From contig CAKPRQ010000005.1 of the NCBI GenBank assembly GCA_934182605.1, positions 3,788-67,787 of the forward strand: a DNA stretch of 64,000 bases, in the 5' to 3' direction. Within the stretch, counting starts at the first letter, position 1. Each line of letters begins with the position of its first letter. The DNA is from an uncultured Clostridia bacterium. Lineage in GTDB: Bacteria > Bacillota > Clostridia > TANB77 > CAG-508. The translations under genes were made by a program, and so were the position numbers. Below the pieces are notes generated by a model that worked only from the letters and a program-made list of their open reading frames with translations, was not told the DNA's origin and made no database searches. Positions 1-10,251 of the stretch are shown here, piece after piece.

Positions 1-47
1 AAAAAATACTAGAAATAATGTCTAGTATTTATATTTTTTTATAAATT

Positions 48-581
48 TCAAACTAATTTAAAAATAATTAATCCAAAAAACAAATATGCATATCTATATA
101 ATTTTTGAAATCTTTTATTTTCTTTATAATAATCAATAGATTCTGCAATTGCACAATATTTATCAACAAATGAAACTATATAACTTTCCAAATATCTAGG
201 TGGAATAACTGTTAATGGCCACATATGCTTTTTTATAATATCTTGTTCTTTTTTTGATAAATTATATAATTTAGAAGCATTTCTTAATGCAATATAAGGA
301 TGTCTAAAACCATGAAGAGGCTTATGTTCTTCTGATTTTATATGCCAATCGTACAAAAATAAGTCATGTAAAAATCCTGCTCGTGCAGCGGCTTTATAAT
401 CTAAATGTAATTTTCTACAAATTAAATAACTAATAAAAGCTACTTTATAACAATGTTCATAACATGATGTATCGCAATGTTGTATAAAATTTTTCATTTT
501 TAAAACTGTATCATTATCTTTTATATCTTTTACACATAAAAGAAAATCTATATTTTTATCCAAAGTAATACCTCTTTTCAA
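48..581 (-). CDS. HD-domain metal-dependent phosphohydrolase
   Basis: 177-aa ORF. It has an H..HD..K-type motif (HCYKVAFISY...FLHDL) typical of HD/HDIG hydrolases. Confidence 0.55.
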   Translation of the reverse strand: MKRGITLDKNIDFLLCVKDIKDNDTVLKMKNFIQHCDTSCYEHCYKVAFISYLICRKLHLDYKAAARAGFLHDLFLYDWHIKSEEHKPLHGFRHPYIALRNASKLYNLSKKEQDIIKKHMWPLTVIPPRYLESYIVSFVDKYCAIAESIDYYKENKRFQKLYRYAYLFFGLIIFKLV

Positions 582-653
582 AATATATTATATTACCATT
601 ATATCATAAAAATATATAATTGGGAACAGTTTTATCATAAATATTTATTAATT

Positions 654-727
654 AGAAATTCTTGTGCTTAATTGTGGAAAGCGTTCGTGTTAACGGAAGG
701 GTGCCATAATTAAGCCTTAGAATTTCT
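654..727. other. Long imperfect hairpin, candidate structured RNA or regulatory element in a divergent intergenic region
   Basis: agaaattcttgtgcttaattgtgg at 654-677 pairs with ccataattaagccttagaatttct at 704-727. About 20 bp of stem encloses a GC-richer 26-nt interior (aaagcgttcgtgttaacggaagggtg). Confidence 0.3.
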
Positions 728-891
728 ATATTCTTTTACAAGCCGAGATTTTTAATTTTAGACTAGTATTTTCAAGTGATTTATGTAATACACTATTATA
801 TAGTAACATTAATAATTTACCATTATTCATATTTTTAATTTTCGTACATACATTTTAATAATATAATTCTCTAAATTTTAAGGAGGCCACT

Positions 892-1437
892 ATGTTTATT
901 TGTAATTTTAAGATAAATTCAAAAAATATATTTAAATTTTTTCTTGTAATAGCTATTATTTTATCTACTATTTTCTTTATAATATCTACAATAAGAATTT
1001 TTGCTGCTAGTAATGTTTTTAAAACTAATGATGAACTGCCTAAAAAAGATGTATATACTATTTCCGCTTCTAATTATACAAATGTGCTAAAATCTGTACA
1101 TGAAAATCTTACAAATTATATTGGTCAAAAAGTAGAATTTGAAGGATATGTTTATAAAGTGCCAGATATCGATTCTAGCCAATTTATTCTAGCAAGAGAT
1201 ATGATTATTAATTCTAATCTACAAACGCTTGTAGTAGGTTTTTTGTGTGAATATAAAGAAGCTATTAATCTTAGTGAAAAAACCTGGGTAAAAATTACAG
1301 GTGAAATTCAAAAAGGTGATTATAATGGTGAAATTCCTATAATTAAAATAACTTCTTTAGAAAAAATTGAAAAACCTAGTGATGAATATGTATACCCTCC
1401 AGATAGTTCTTATCTACAAACAAGTGTATTGTTATAA
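892..1437 (+). CDS. hypothetical membrane-anchored protein
   Basis: 181-aa ORF with a GGAGG RBS upstream at 882-886. An N-terminal TM helix is followed by a soluble domain. Function unknown. Confidence 0.5.
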   Translation: MFICNFKINSKNIFKFFLVIAIILSTIFFIISTIRIFAASNVFKTNDELPKKDVYTISASNYTNVLKSVHENLTNYIGQKVEFEGYVYKVPDIDSSQFILARDMIINSNLQTLVVGFLCEYKEAINLSEKTWVKITGEIQKGDYNGEIPIIKITSLEKIEKPSDEYVYPPDSSYLQTSVLL

Positions 1438-1493
1438 TGCTTATCAATATTTTAATCATTTGGTACAAAATAAAAAAAATAGGAGAATAATTG

Positions 1494-1558
1494 TTACAGT
1501 TCAGAAAGTATATATATAATTTTTTCAAATCTTGATATATATTTTATATTGAACTGTA
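1494..1558. repeat. Inverted repeat (acagttca / tgaactgt) with a 45-nt interior carrying the motif aaatcttgatatata; convergent-gene terminator region
   Basis: Seen directly. The same aaatcttgatatata motif recurs in the perfect palindrome at 15337-15428. Confidence 0.35.
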
Positions 1559-1579
1559 GCAAATAATTAACTCCGTTTT

Positions 1580-2677
1580 TTATTTTCTATCAAATATTGT
1601 TTTAAAAAAACCTTTATCTATAAATGTACCAAATATATTTTTAAATATTATTAACACTATTGGTCCTATTATTAAACCTATTATCCCTATTAATTTCAAG
1701 CCAGTATACATTGCTATTAATGTAAATATTGGGTGTATTCCCAATTGCTTACTTACTATTTTAGGTTCTAACAATTGTCTTACTATTGATATTATTATCC
1801 ATAATACTGTTATTGCTATGCCTAATGTTATATCACCATTTATAGCTACTATTAATGCCCATGGTATCATTACTGTTCCAGAGCCTAATATTGGTATTGC
1901 ATCTACAAATCCTATTAATAATGCCATCAGAAATGGATATTCTATATTTAGTCCAAAAACTTTAAATAAATACAAGCCTATTAATACTTCTACAAAAGAT
2001 ATTACAATCAGTATTACTTCTGCTTTTAAAAAGGAACCTAAAGATTCTATTATTTCTCTTAAATGTTTTCCTAATTTTTTAACCCATATTTTAGGTAAAT
2101 GATGTTCCACTTCATCTAATATATAGATTCTATCTGCACACATAAAATATATTGCAACAAAAGTTACTCCTACATATATACTTATAATTGGCAATGATGT
2201 TATTGAATTTAATAAATTTGTTAGAAAGTTTTTTACATAATTTGAACCAAATTCTAATACCTCTTGTGAAGAAGTATCCAAAATCTGTTTTACTTCGTTT
2301 GACAATTGTAATTTAGAAAATCCTGTATCGTATAAAACTCTCTGTACAAGTTCATTGAACTTATCATAATATTCATTCAAACCCGACAATAAATCCGACG
2401 CTTCTGATATTAATGTAACTATTCCCCATGCTAATAAACATATTATTAATATAGCAAATATTACCATTACTATAATGGCACAAGTTTTTCTTGTAAAACT
2501 TGTCCTATTTTTTACAAATCTGATAATTGGCTCTAATATTAAAGATACTATAAATGCAATTAGAAAAGGTAAGTAAAATATGCTTAATTTTATTGTTAAA
2601 AATAGACCTAATATTACAAGTGCTGCAATTAATAGTTTTTTTAATACTCTTGTCCAATATCCTAAATCTACTACCAA
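1580..2677 (-). CDS. AI-2E/UPF0118 family integral membrane protein (sporulation YtvI-like)
   Basis: 365 aa with multiple TM segments. Its size and hydrophobicity pattern are typical of the AI-2E / YtvI family. Confidence 0.6.
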   Translation of the reverse strand: MVVDLGYWTRVLKKLLIAALVILGLFLTIKLSIFYLPFLIAFIVSLILEPIIRFVKNRTSFTRKTCAIIVMVIFAILIICLLAWGIVTLISEASDLLSGLNEYYDKFNELVQRVLYDTGFSKLQLSNEVKQILDTSSQEVLEFGSNYVKNFLTNLLNSITSLPIISIYVGVTFVAIYFMCADRIYILDEVEHHLPKIWVKKLGKHLREIIESLGSFLKAEVILIVISFVEVLIGLYLFKVFGLNIEYPFLMALLIGFVDAIPILGSGTVMIPWALIVAINGDITLGIAITVLWIIISIVRQLLEPKIVSKQLGIHPIFTLIAMYTGLKLIGIIGLIIGPIVLIIFKNIFGTFIDKGFFKTIFDRK

Positions 2678-2905
2678 AATACTTCACCAATATTATTATA
2701 TGTAAAAATAAGTTATATATTACAATTAAATATTAATACATTATTATTTAGATTACCCTCTGCTTGCAAAAAAAGAAACTCTAAATTATATTTATAGAAC
2801 ACTTTCAATTAAAAATTGACCTTTTTCCATAAATATTTTTAAGAGTTTCTAATATTTTTTCTATATTTTGGTGTAATTTAAAATAGTAATATATTAAGAC
2901 TTTTA

Positions 2906-3352
2906 TTACTCAGCATTTTTATTTTTACTATTACATCCACAGATTTCTTCTACTATATATCCCACTGTTTCTGTTGAGCATAAAGGACTCACAGATAAAT
3001 CTGATATTGTTAACATTCCTTTTAAGCAACCATTTGGTTCAACTATAGGAATTCTCTTAACATTACCATCACACATTTTTTCTGTTGCATTTTCTATATC
3101 TTCATCTGGACCTGCTGTATACAGTTTAGTTGTCATTATTTCACTTACTGGAACTGTTTTAGCATCTTTGTTACAAGCAATACATCTTAAAACAACATCT
3201 CTATCGGTAACAATACCTACTAATTTCTTATTATTATCACATACAGGAATACATCCAATATGATTATCCTTCATCTGTTTTGCTACATCTTGCACAGTTG
3301 TTTCTGGCTTTGCAAAAATAGTTTCATTGCACATACATTCTCTTATTTTCAT
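2906..3352 (-). CDS. CBS-domain protein
   Basis: 148 aa with a tandem CBS pair (GIVTDRDVVLR...GMLTISDL). Confidence 0.6.
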   Translation of the reverse strand: MKIRECMCNETIFAKPETTVQDVAKQMKDNHIGCIPVCDNNKKLVGIVTDRDVVLRCIACNKDAKTVPVSEIMTTKLYTAGPDEDIENATEKMCDGNVKRIPIVEPNGCLKGMLTISDLSVSPLCSTETVGYIVEEICGCNSKNKNAE

Positions 3353-3436
3353 ATATAATAACCTCCTCTTAATCTATAGTTATTATATACTGAAATTTAT
3401 TTTATATACTTTATAAATTATTACAACGAATAAACT

Positions 3437-4894
3437 TTAGCAGATATTTTTTACTAAATTTTTAAATTTTTCTCCTCTTTCCATAAAATTTTTAAACATA
3501 TCAAAACTTGCACTTGCTGGAGAAAATAATACAATATCTTTATTAGTACCTTCCTTATATGCAATTTCTACAGTTTCTTCTAGAGAATCTGCCATAAATA
3601 ATTTTATTCTTTTTTCTTCTTTATTAATATTATATTTTAAAATACAATAATTATTCTCTTCATATATTTCACCATTTAATTTTTCTACTTCGTTTTTTAC
3701 AGCATTTTCTATTTTTTTAGCTGTTTGCCCTAATAGTATAAGTGTTGTTACTTTTTCTAAAATTGGGCGTGCTAATGGTTCATAGTCTAAGTGCTTATCA
3801 TAACCTCCTGCTATTAAAATTATATCTTCATCAAAGGCTCTTAAACCTGCTATTGTTCTTGTAGGACTACTGCCTATTGAATCATTATACCATTTTACTC
3901 CATTTATATCTCTTACAAATTCTAATCTATGTTCTACTCCTGCAAAATCTTTTACAGCTTCTACTGCCACATCAAAATCTACCAGTGTATAAGTTGCTGC
4001 AATTGCTGTACATATATTTTCATAATTATGTCTTCCCCTTAATTTTACATCTTTCACATTTAATAATTGTCTTCTTATACCATTTTCACCATATTTTATA
4101 ATATCATCATTTAGCATTACACCATTTTCTAGTTTACTTTCTTTACTAAAAAATACTACTTTACCTTTTGCTTCTTTTTCAAAATTTTTAACAATTTCAT
4201 CATTATAATTTAAAACTAATATATCATCTTCATTTTGGAATTTAAATATATTCTTTTTAGATTCAATATATTCTTCATAAGATTTATGTATATCTAAATG
4301 ATTTGGTGTTATATTAGTAATAACAGATATATTAGGACTTACTTCCATATCCATTAATTGAAAACTACTTAATTCCAATACTATAAAATCCTCTTTTTTC
4401 ATATATGGTAATTTATCAAATAATGGCGTTCCTATATTTCCACCTAAATAGCAACTATAATTTGCTCTCTTTAAAATTTCATATATTAAACTTGTTGTAG
4501 TAGTTTTTCCATCACTTCCTGTTATACCAATAACTTTACCTGGACATAATTTTACAACCATTTCTATTTCTGATGTAATTATTGCACCGCGCTTTTTTTC
4601 ATCAAGAAGTTCTTGAGTATCTGGTCTACAACTCGGAGAACGAAATATTATATCAAATCCTTTTAAGTTCTCTAAGTAATTTTCACCAAAATTACCTACA
4701 ATATTATTTTCTCTTAAATATTTAATAATATTATTATCAATTTTTTCTATATCTCTTTTATCAAATACTGCAACATTAGCATTTATATTTTTTAAATATT
4801 TTATTAATGGCATATTACTTACGCCTAATCCTATTACTGCAATTTTACTTGATTGCAATTTTTTATTAAATTCTTCTAATTTTTTATTTTCCAA
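3437..4894 (-). CDS. murD: UDP-N-acetylmuramoylalanine--D-glutamate ligase
   Basis: It has an N-terminal Rossmann motif (IAVIGLGVSN) and a Mur ligase P-loop (GITGSDGKTTTTS). Length is about 485 aa. Confidence 0.8.
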   Translation of the reverse strand: MENKKLEEFNKKLQSSKIAVIGLGVSNMPLIKYLKNINANVAVFDKRDIEKIDNNIIKYLRENNIVGNFGENYLENLKGFDIIFRSPSCRPDTQELLDEKKRGAIITSEIEMVVKLCPGKVIGITGSDGKTTTTSLIYEILKRANYSCYLGGNIGTPLFDKLPYMKKEDFIVLELSSFQLMDMEVSPNISVITNITPNHLDIHKSYEEYIESKKNIFKFQNEDDILVLNYNDEIVKNFEKEAKGKVVFFSKESKLENGVMLNDDIIKYGENGIRRQLLNVKDVKLRGRHNYENICTAIAATYTLVDFDVAVEAVKDFAGVEHRLEFVRDINGVKWYNDSIGSSPTRTIAGLRAFDEDIILIAGGYDKHLDYEPLARPILEKVTTLILLGQTAKKIENAVKNEVEKLNGEIYEENNYCILKYNINKEEKRIKLFMADSLEETVEIAYKEGTNKDIVLFSPASASFDMFKNFMERGEKFKNLVKNIC

Positions 4895-5088
4895 ATTCTA
4901 TTCCCAACCTTTCTTTTACTATTATATTAATTAAATTCTGTAATTGTGATATATTTATAATATTACAATGTTTAAAATAATTTGCAATTTTTATTATTAT
5001 ATATCAAAAAAATTTTTTTAACAATAGTATATTTTAGAAATTTTTGTTAATAATATAATTAATGAATTTTTAGAGGAGGTGCCTCATA

Positions 5089-5184
5089 TGTCAGAAAAAA
5101 ATAAAAATAAAAACCCAAATAATAATAATAACAATAATAAAAATAATAACAAAAATAATCAAAATCAACAAAATAATAAATAAG
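5089..5184 (+). CDS. 31-aa Asn/Lys-rich micro-protein (MSEKNKNKNPNNNNNNNKNNNKNNQNQQNNK)
   Basis: A strong RBS (agaggaggtg) sits 6 nt upstream of the ATG. A terminator hairpin lies downstream at 5245-5280. The ORF is below the 60-aa cutoff of the supplied track. Confidence 0.35.
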
Positions 5185-5244
5185 ATTAATTTCACTATCC
5201 CTACTCAGCATAAACAATTTTCAATAAAATTATTTATGCAAAAT

Positions 5245-5280
5245 AAGAAAGTATCTCTATGTTATAGATACTTTCTTTTA
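5245..5280. terminator. Rho-independent terminator hairpin (bidirectional) between convergent ORFs
   Basis: 12-bp stem aagaaagtatct / agatactttctt with a 9-nt loop. T-rich tracts flank it on both strands. Confidence 0.5.
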
Positions 5281-5310
5281 CTTATTCTATGGATAAAATT
5301 ATTTCACTTT

Positions 5311-5670
5311 TTAATTTATTGATTGCCCAATTGTTTGAAGTATTCTTAATATTGTAAGTGTACATATTAAAATTAAAACTCCTACTACAAATCCTATTAA
5401 ATTTTTCTTTATTTCTGCTTTTTCATCTGGTGCTGCTGTCATAAATTTTATAGCCATAACTGCTAATGTAATAAGTGCTACTGCACTACCTACTATTAAA
5501 ATAATTCCATATAATTTACTGCCTACATTACTTAAAGTTGAATTTCCTGAACCAGAATTGTAATCTTTCATTGAAGATATTGGGTCTGCAAATACTACAT
5601 TTGATAACATAAATATTATAATTATAAATATTAATAATATACTTAACACTTTTTTCATTTTTAATCTCAA
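5311..5670 (-). CDS. small secreted two-TM membrane protein, paralog 3 of a tandem triplet (VirB2/TrbC-pilin-like topology)
   Basis: It has a signal peptide followed by a C-terminal TM-loop-TM hairpin. It shares the motif AIKFMTAAPDEKAEIKKN with the two upstream paralogs. Confidence 0.5.
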   Translation of the reverse strand: MRLKMKKVLSILLIFIIIIFMLSNVVFADPISSMKDYNSGSGNSTLSNVGSKLYGIILIVGSAVALITLAVMAIKFMTAAPDEKAEIKKNLIGFVVGVLILICTLTILRILQTIGQSIN

Positions 5671-5718
5671 TCCTTTCTATAAAGAATTAAAAAATAATAT
5701 TATAAGACTTCTACAGAA

Positions 5719-6144
5719 TTATCCTAATACTTTCGTAGAAGTTACTGATGTAGAGTATGTTAATACATTTTCATTAATTGTAGCCGCTTTATTAATTTCA
5801 TTTCCCATTGATTGAATTATATGTAAAATGCCTGCTCCTGAAAATAATATTAATGCACCTACAGCGTACATAAGCAAACTTTTCTTTATGTCTCCTTTTT
5901 CTGCTGGTGCAGCAGTCATATATTTAATTGCTAATACTACTAACATTACTAATGCTACTGCTACAGCAATTATTTCTATAACACCTAATATTGTCCCCGA
6001 AATACTTTTTATTTTATCTCCTCCAGGGACACTAGCACCCGGCTTTATATCAACTAATGACGCAAAAGATATTGTTGATATTGAAAATATTAATATCACT
6101 AAAATTATAATTAATAATACTTTTTTATAATTCATTTTTTTCAT
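5719..6144 (-). CDS. small secreted two-TM membrane protein, paralog 2
   Basis: Same architecture as paralog 3; shared motif AIKYMTAAPAEKGDIKKS. Confidence 0.5.
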   Translation of the reverse strand: MKKMNYKKVLLIIILVILIFSISTISFASLVDIKPGASVPGGDKIKSISGTILGVIEIIAVAVALVMLVVLAIKYMTAAPAEKGDIKKSLLMYAVGALILFSGAGILHIIQSMGNEINKAATINENVLTYSTSVTSTKVLG

Positions 6145-6232
6145 ATCATAACTCTCCTTCTTTAGATTAATTTAATTATATATTATTTTTTGACAAAATG
6201 CAATATTTTGGGCAAAAAAAAATTGCCTAAAA

Positions 6233-6646
6233 TTAGGCAACTTCTATATCAGATTTTTGCTCATTTACTATTACATAAGCAGTTGTATCTTCTAATTCTT
6301 CTCCAGCACGTTGTATAATATTTAACACTGCTACTCCACCAAACAATAGTAAAGCACCAATTACATATACAAAAGCACTTTTCTTTATATCACCTTTTTC
6401 ACTTGGTGCTGCCGAAATATATTTGATAGCTAAAATTACTAACATAATTACAGCTACTGCTACACCAATAACTTGTGCTATACCTAAAATCATATTTGAT
6501 ACATTCATAATCCCTGTCTCTGCACTTCCAGCATCACCGCGAAATTCACCTGGATCAGGAATTGCAAAACATAACGTAGAAACTGATACTATTAATAATG
6601 CAACTATTATCATGGCTAATGCTTTTTTCATTGATATGTTCTTCAT
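6233..6646 (-). CDS. small secreted two-TM membrane protein, paralog 1
   Basis: AGGAGG RBS upstream. It has a signal peptide and the motif AIKYISAAPSEKGDIKKS. Confidence 0.5.
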   Translation of the reverse strand: MKNISMKKALAMIIVALLIVSVSTLCFAIPDPGEFRGDAGSAETGIMNVSNMILGIAQVIGVAVAVIMLVILAIKYISAAPSEKGDIKKSAFVYVIGALLLFGGVAVLNIIQRAGEELEDTTAYVIVNEQKSDIEVA

Positions 6647-6722
6647 GATTATATCCTCCTTAATTTTTTTACTATCTCATAACATAATTATAACTTATAT
6701 TTTTACAAAAAGCAAGTATTTT

Positions 6723-8033
6723 TTACAATTTTTCTAATGCCCTTCTTGCTAATTTTTCATATTTTTCTTTTTTATCTCTAATTTTTTCATCAAATTGGGG
6801 TAATATTCCAAAATTTGCATTCATTGGTTGAAATTTTTGGTTTTCTGTTGATATATATTTGGCTAATGCACCTATCATTGTTTCACTACTAAATACGATT
6901 TTTTCTTTATTATTATATTGTTGTACTGCATTTATTGCAGCTACATAACCTGATGATATTGATTCCACATATCCTTCTACTCCTGATATTTGACCTGCAA
7001 AATATATATTTTTATTTAATTTCAAGTTATATGTATTATCCAATAATTTAGACGAATCTATATATGTATTTTTATGCATTACTCCATATTTTACGAACTC
7101 TGCATTTTCCAAACCGGGTATTAATGAAAATACCCTTTTTTGTTCTCCAAATCTTAGATTTGTTTGAAATCCTACCAAGTTATATAATGTACCTTCTTCA
7201 TTATCTTGCCTTAACTGTACTAATGCATATGGTCTTTTTCCTGTTCTTTTATCTTCAAAACCAACTGGTTTTAATGGGCCAAATCTTAATGTATCTATAC
7301 CTCTTTTAGCCATTACTTCCACTGGCATACAGCCTTCAAATATTTCTTTTTTTTCAAAATCTTTTAATTCAACTACTTCTGCATTTATTAACTCATTATA
7401 AAATTTTTCGTACTCTTCTTTATTCATTGGTAAATTTATATAATTACTATCGCCTTTTCCATATCTATCTCCCATAAAGGCTATATTAAAATTTATGCTT
7501 GATTTTTCAATAATAGGAGCTGCTGCATCATAGAAATATAATTCTTTTTCACCTGTAAAACTTTTTATATTTTCTGCCAATTTTTCTGATGTTAGAGGCC
7601 CTGTTGCAATTATTACTATTCCATTTTTAGCCATTTCTTTTACATCTTCTATTTCTTCTCTAATAATTTCAATTTTACCAAAATTATTCTTCTCACTTAA
7701 TTCTTCTAATTTACTAGTTACTTTAGCTGCAAACTTTTCTCTATCTACAGCCAATGCTTGTCCAGCTGGTACTGATGTTTCATCTGCTATTTTTATTAAA
7801 AGTGAATCTAGTCTTCTTAATTCTTCTTTTAAAAGTCCACATGCATTTGTGATTAAATTAGATTTAAACGAATTGCTACATACTATTTCAGCAAGATTTT
7901 CATTTTTATGGGCTGGTGAAAAGTTAGTAGGTTTCATCTCATATAATTTTACATCTATTCCTCTTTTGGCTATTTGATATGCTGCTTCTGAACCTGCTAA
8001 TCCTCCACCTATTACTACAATATACTTATTCAT
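6723..8033 (-). CDS. trmFO: methylenetetrahydrofolate--tRNA-(uracil54-C5)-methyltransferase TrmFO (Gid)
   Basis: N-terminal FAD-binding motif VIGGGLAGSEAA. Length is 436 aa. The gene sits next to topA, matching conserved topA-trmFO synteny. Confidence 0.85.
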   Translation of the reverse strand: MNKYIVVIGGGLAGSEAAYQIAKRGIDVKLYEMKPTNFSPAHKNENLAEIVCSNSFKSNLITNACGLLKEELRRLDSLLIKIADETSVPAGQALAVDREKFAAKVTSKLEELSEKNNFGKIEIIREEIEDVKEMAKNGIVIIATGPLTSEKLAENIKSFTGEKELYFYDAAAPIIEKSSINFNIAFMGDRYGKGDSNYINLPMNKEEYEKFYNELINAEVVELKDFEKKEIFEGCMPVEVMAKRGIDTLRFGPLKPVGFEDKRTGKRPYALVQLRQDNEEGTLYNLVGFQTNLRFGEQKRVFSLIPGLENAEFVKYGVMHKNTYIDSSKLLDNTYNLKLNKNIYFAGQISGVEGYVESISSGYVAAINAVQQYNNKEKIVFSSETMIGALAKYISTENQKFQPMNANFGILPQFDEKIRDKKEKYEKLARRALEKL

Positions 8034-8085
8034 AATTCTCCCTTCTATTATTTATATAGATATTTTCAAGTTACAATTTATTAAA

Positions 8086-10173
8086 TTACTTTTTATTTGT
8101 AGTTTTCTTTTTAGCTTTAGTTTTGCTTTTTGTTTTTGTAGTCTTTTTTGTTTTTTCTCCCACATTTTCCTCTGGCACAAACTTTTCTCCTACTTTAGGT
8201 TTATTCCAAGAGATATATGGACAGCCTCCATTTTCACCTTTATTATTCTCACATATATAATATTTTCTCTTTCTCTTAGTTTTCTTTACTTGTACTACGC
8301 CACCACATACTGGACATGGTACATCTATAGTTTCTACGATTGGTTTTGCATTTTTACATTCTGGATATCCTGGACATGCTAAAAATCTACCGTATTTACC
8401 ATACTTATACACCATCATTCTTCCACATTTTTCGCATTGCACATCTGATACTTCGTCTTCTAATTTTACATGTTCTAATTCCTTTTCTACTTTTTCTACA
8501 GTTACCTCGAATGGTTCGTAAAACTCTCTTATTACATCTTGCCATTTTATTTTTCCAGCAGCTATCTCATCAAATTCTGTTTCCATTTTAGCTGTGAATT
8601 CCACATTTATTACATTTTCGAAATTTTCTATTAACAATTTATTAACAACTTTTCCAAGTTCTGTAGGTACTAATTGTTTTTGCTCTTTTTCTACATATCT
8701 TCTTAACAATATTGTAGTAATTGTTGGCGAATATGTGCTTGGTCTACCTATTCCTTTTTCTTCTAATGCTTTTACTAAACTTGCTTCTGTATATCTAGCT
8801 GGTGGTTCTGTGAAACTTTGTTTAGATTCTAATTTTTCTTTATTTAAATTTTCTCCTTCTTCTATTTCTGGAATTTTTGTATTTTCTTCCTTTTCTTCAT
8901 AATCTGTACCTTCTACATATAATGTCATAAATCCTTTAAATTTTAAATTTTGCCCACTTGCTCTAAAATTATAAGTATCATCTGCATCTATTTTTACTTG
9001 AATTGTATCGTAAACGGCTTGCGACATTTGGCTTGCTATAAATCTATTATATATTAATTTGTATAATTTATATTGGTCTGTAGTTAAAGAATCTTTAATT
9101 TTCTCCGGTGTTAAATCTATATATGTTGGTCTAATTGCTTCATGTGCGTCCTGTGCTGCATCTTTTGATTTGTAATATCTATTTTCATAATATGCTTTTC
9201 CATATTCTTTTTCTATATATTCTTTTGCAGCATTTCTTGCTACTTCTGAAATTCTTGTTGAATCTGTTCTCATATATGTTATTAAACCAACAGTACCTTT
9301 TTCTGGTATTTTTACACCTTCATACAGTACTTGTGCTACACTCATTGTTTTCTTTAATGCAAAGCCTAATTTACGTGAAGCTTCTTGTTGCATTGTACTA
9401 GTTGTAAATGGAGGTGCAGGGGTTCTTTTCTTTTCACCTTTTTTTATTTCTTTTACTACATACGTTGCTTTTTCTAATTCTTTTAATATATTATCAACTT
9501 CTTCTTTTGAATGTAATTCTATTTTTTTATTATTTTTACCATAAAATTTGGCAATAAAACTTTTTTTGTCACTTTTTTTAGATAATATAACATCTATATT
9601 CCAATATTCTTCAGGAATAAAATTTTCAATCTCATTTTCTCTATCTACTATTAATTTAACTGCAACAGATTGCACTCTTCCTGCTGATAAACCTTTTTTT
9701 ACCTTTTTCCATAACACAGGACTTATTTTATATCCTACTATTCGATCTAGTACTCTTCTAGCTTGTTGAGCATCTGTTACTGCCATATTTATTTTACGTG
9801 GTTCTTGTACAGCTTTTTTTACAGCATTTTCCGTTATCTCATTAAATGTAATTCTACAATCACTATTTAAATCTATCCCTAATATATATGCTAAATGCCA
9901 AGATATAGCCTCTCCTTCACGATCAGGGTCAGTTGCTAAATATACTTTTTTAGCATTTTTTGCTTCTTTCTTTAAAGAATTTATAAGAGGTGCTTTACCT
10001 CTTATATTTATATATTGTGGTTCAAAGTTATGTTCAATATCTATACCTAATTTTGATTTAGGCAAATCTCTAATATGTCCCATACTTGCTACGACTTTTG
10101 TTTTACCACCTAAAAATTTTTTTATTGTATTCGCTTTTGCTGGCGATTCTACTATTATTAATTTATCTACCAT
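8086..10173 (-). CDS. topA: DNA topoisomerase I
   Basis: 695 aa with a Toprim N-terminus (VIVESPAKA), a type IA core, C-terminal C4 zinc ribbons and a Lys-rich tail. Confidence 0.9.
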   Translation of the reverse strand: MVDKLIIVESPAKANTIKKFLGGKTKVVASMGHIRDLPKSKLGIDIEHNFEPQYINIRGKAPLINSLKKEAKNAKKVYLATDPDREGEAISWHLAYILGIDLNSDCRITFNEITENAVKKAVQEPRKINMAVTDAQQARRVLDRIVGYKISPVLWKKVKKGLSAGRVQSVAVKLIVDRENEIENFIPEEYWNIDVILSKKSDKKSFIAKFYGKNNKKIELHSKEEVDNILKELEKATYVVKEIKKGEKKRTPAPPFTTSTMQQEASRKLGFALKKTMSVAQVLYEGVKIPEKGTVGLITYMRTDSTRISEVARNAAKEYIEKEYGKAYYENRYYKSKDAAQDAHEAIRPTYIDLTPEKIKDSLTTDQYKLYKLIYNRFIASQMSQAVYDTIQVKIDADDTYNFRASGQNLKFKGFMTLYVEGTDYEEKEENTKIPEIEEGENLNKEKLESKQSFTEPPARYTEASLVKALEEKGIGRPSTYSPTITTILLRRYVEKEQKQLVPTELGKVVNKLLIENFENVINVEFTAKMETEFDEIAAGKIKWQDVIREFYEPFEVTVEKVEKELEHVKLEDEVSDVQCEKCGRMMVYKYGKYGRFLACPGYPECKNAKPIVETIDVPCPVCGGVVQVKKTKRKRKYYICENNKGENGGCPYISWNKPKVGEKFVPEENVGEKTKKTTKTKSKTKAKKKTTNKK

Positions 10174-10251
10174 TAAGTTCTACTCCTTTATTCTTTCTCT
10201 AACAAAATTATTAATAATTTCCATATCTTTTAAAGACTTTTCTACATCTAT

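Noticed and set aside
1818-2102. Plus-strand 94-aa ORF inside the YtvI-like gene, and many similar 60-130-aa ORFs antisense to rpoB, rpoC, topA, murE, jetC and hsdR
   Set aside because: They lie fully inside long, well-supported genes on the opposite strand. They are low-complexity Leu/Phe/Ile-rich translations typical of AT-rich antisense frames and have no RBS.
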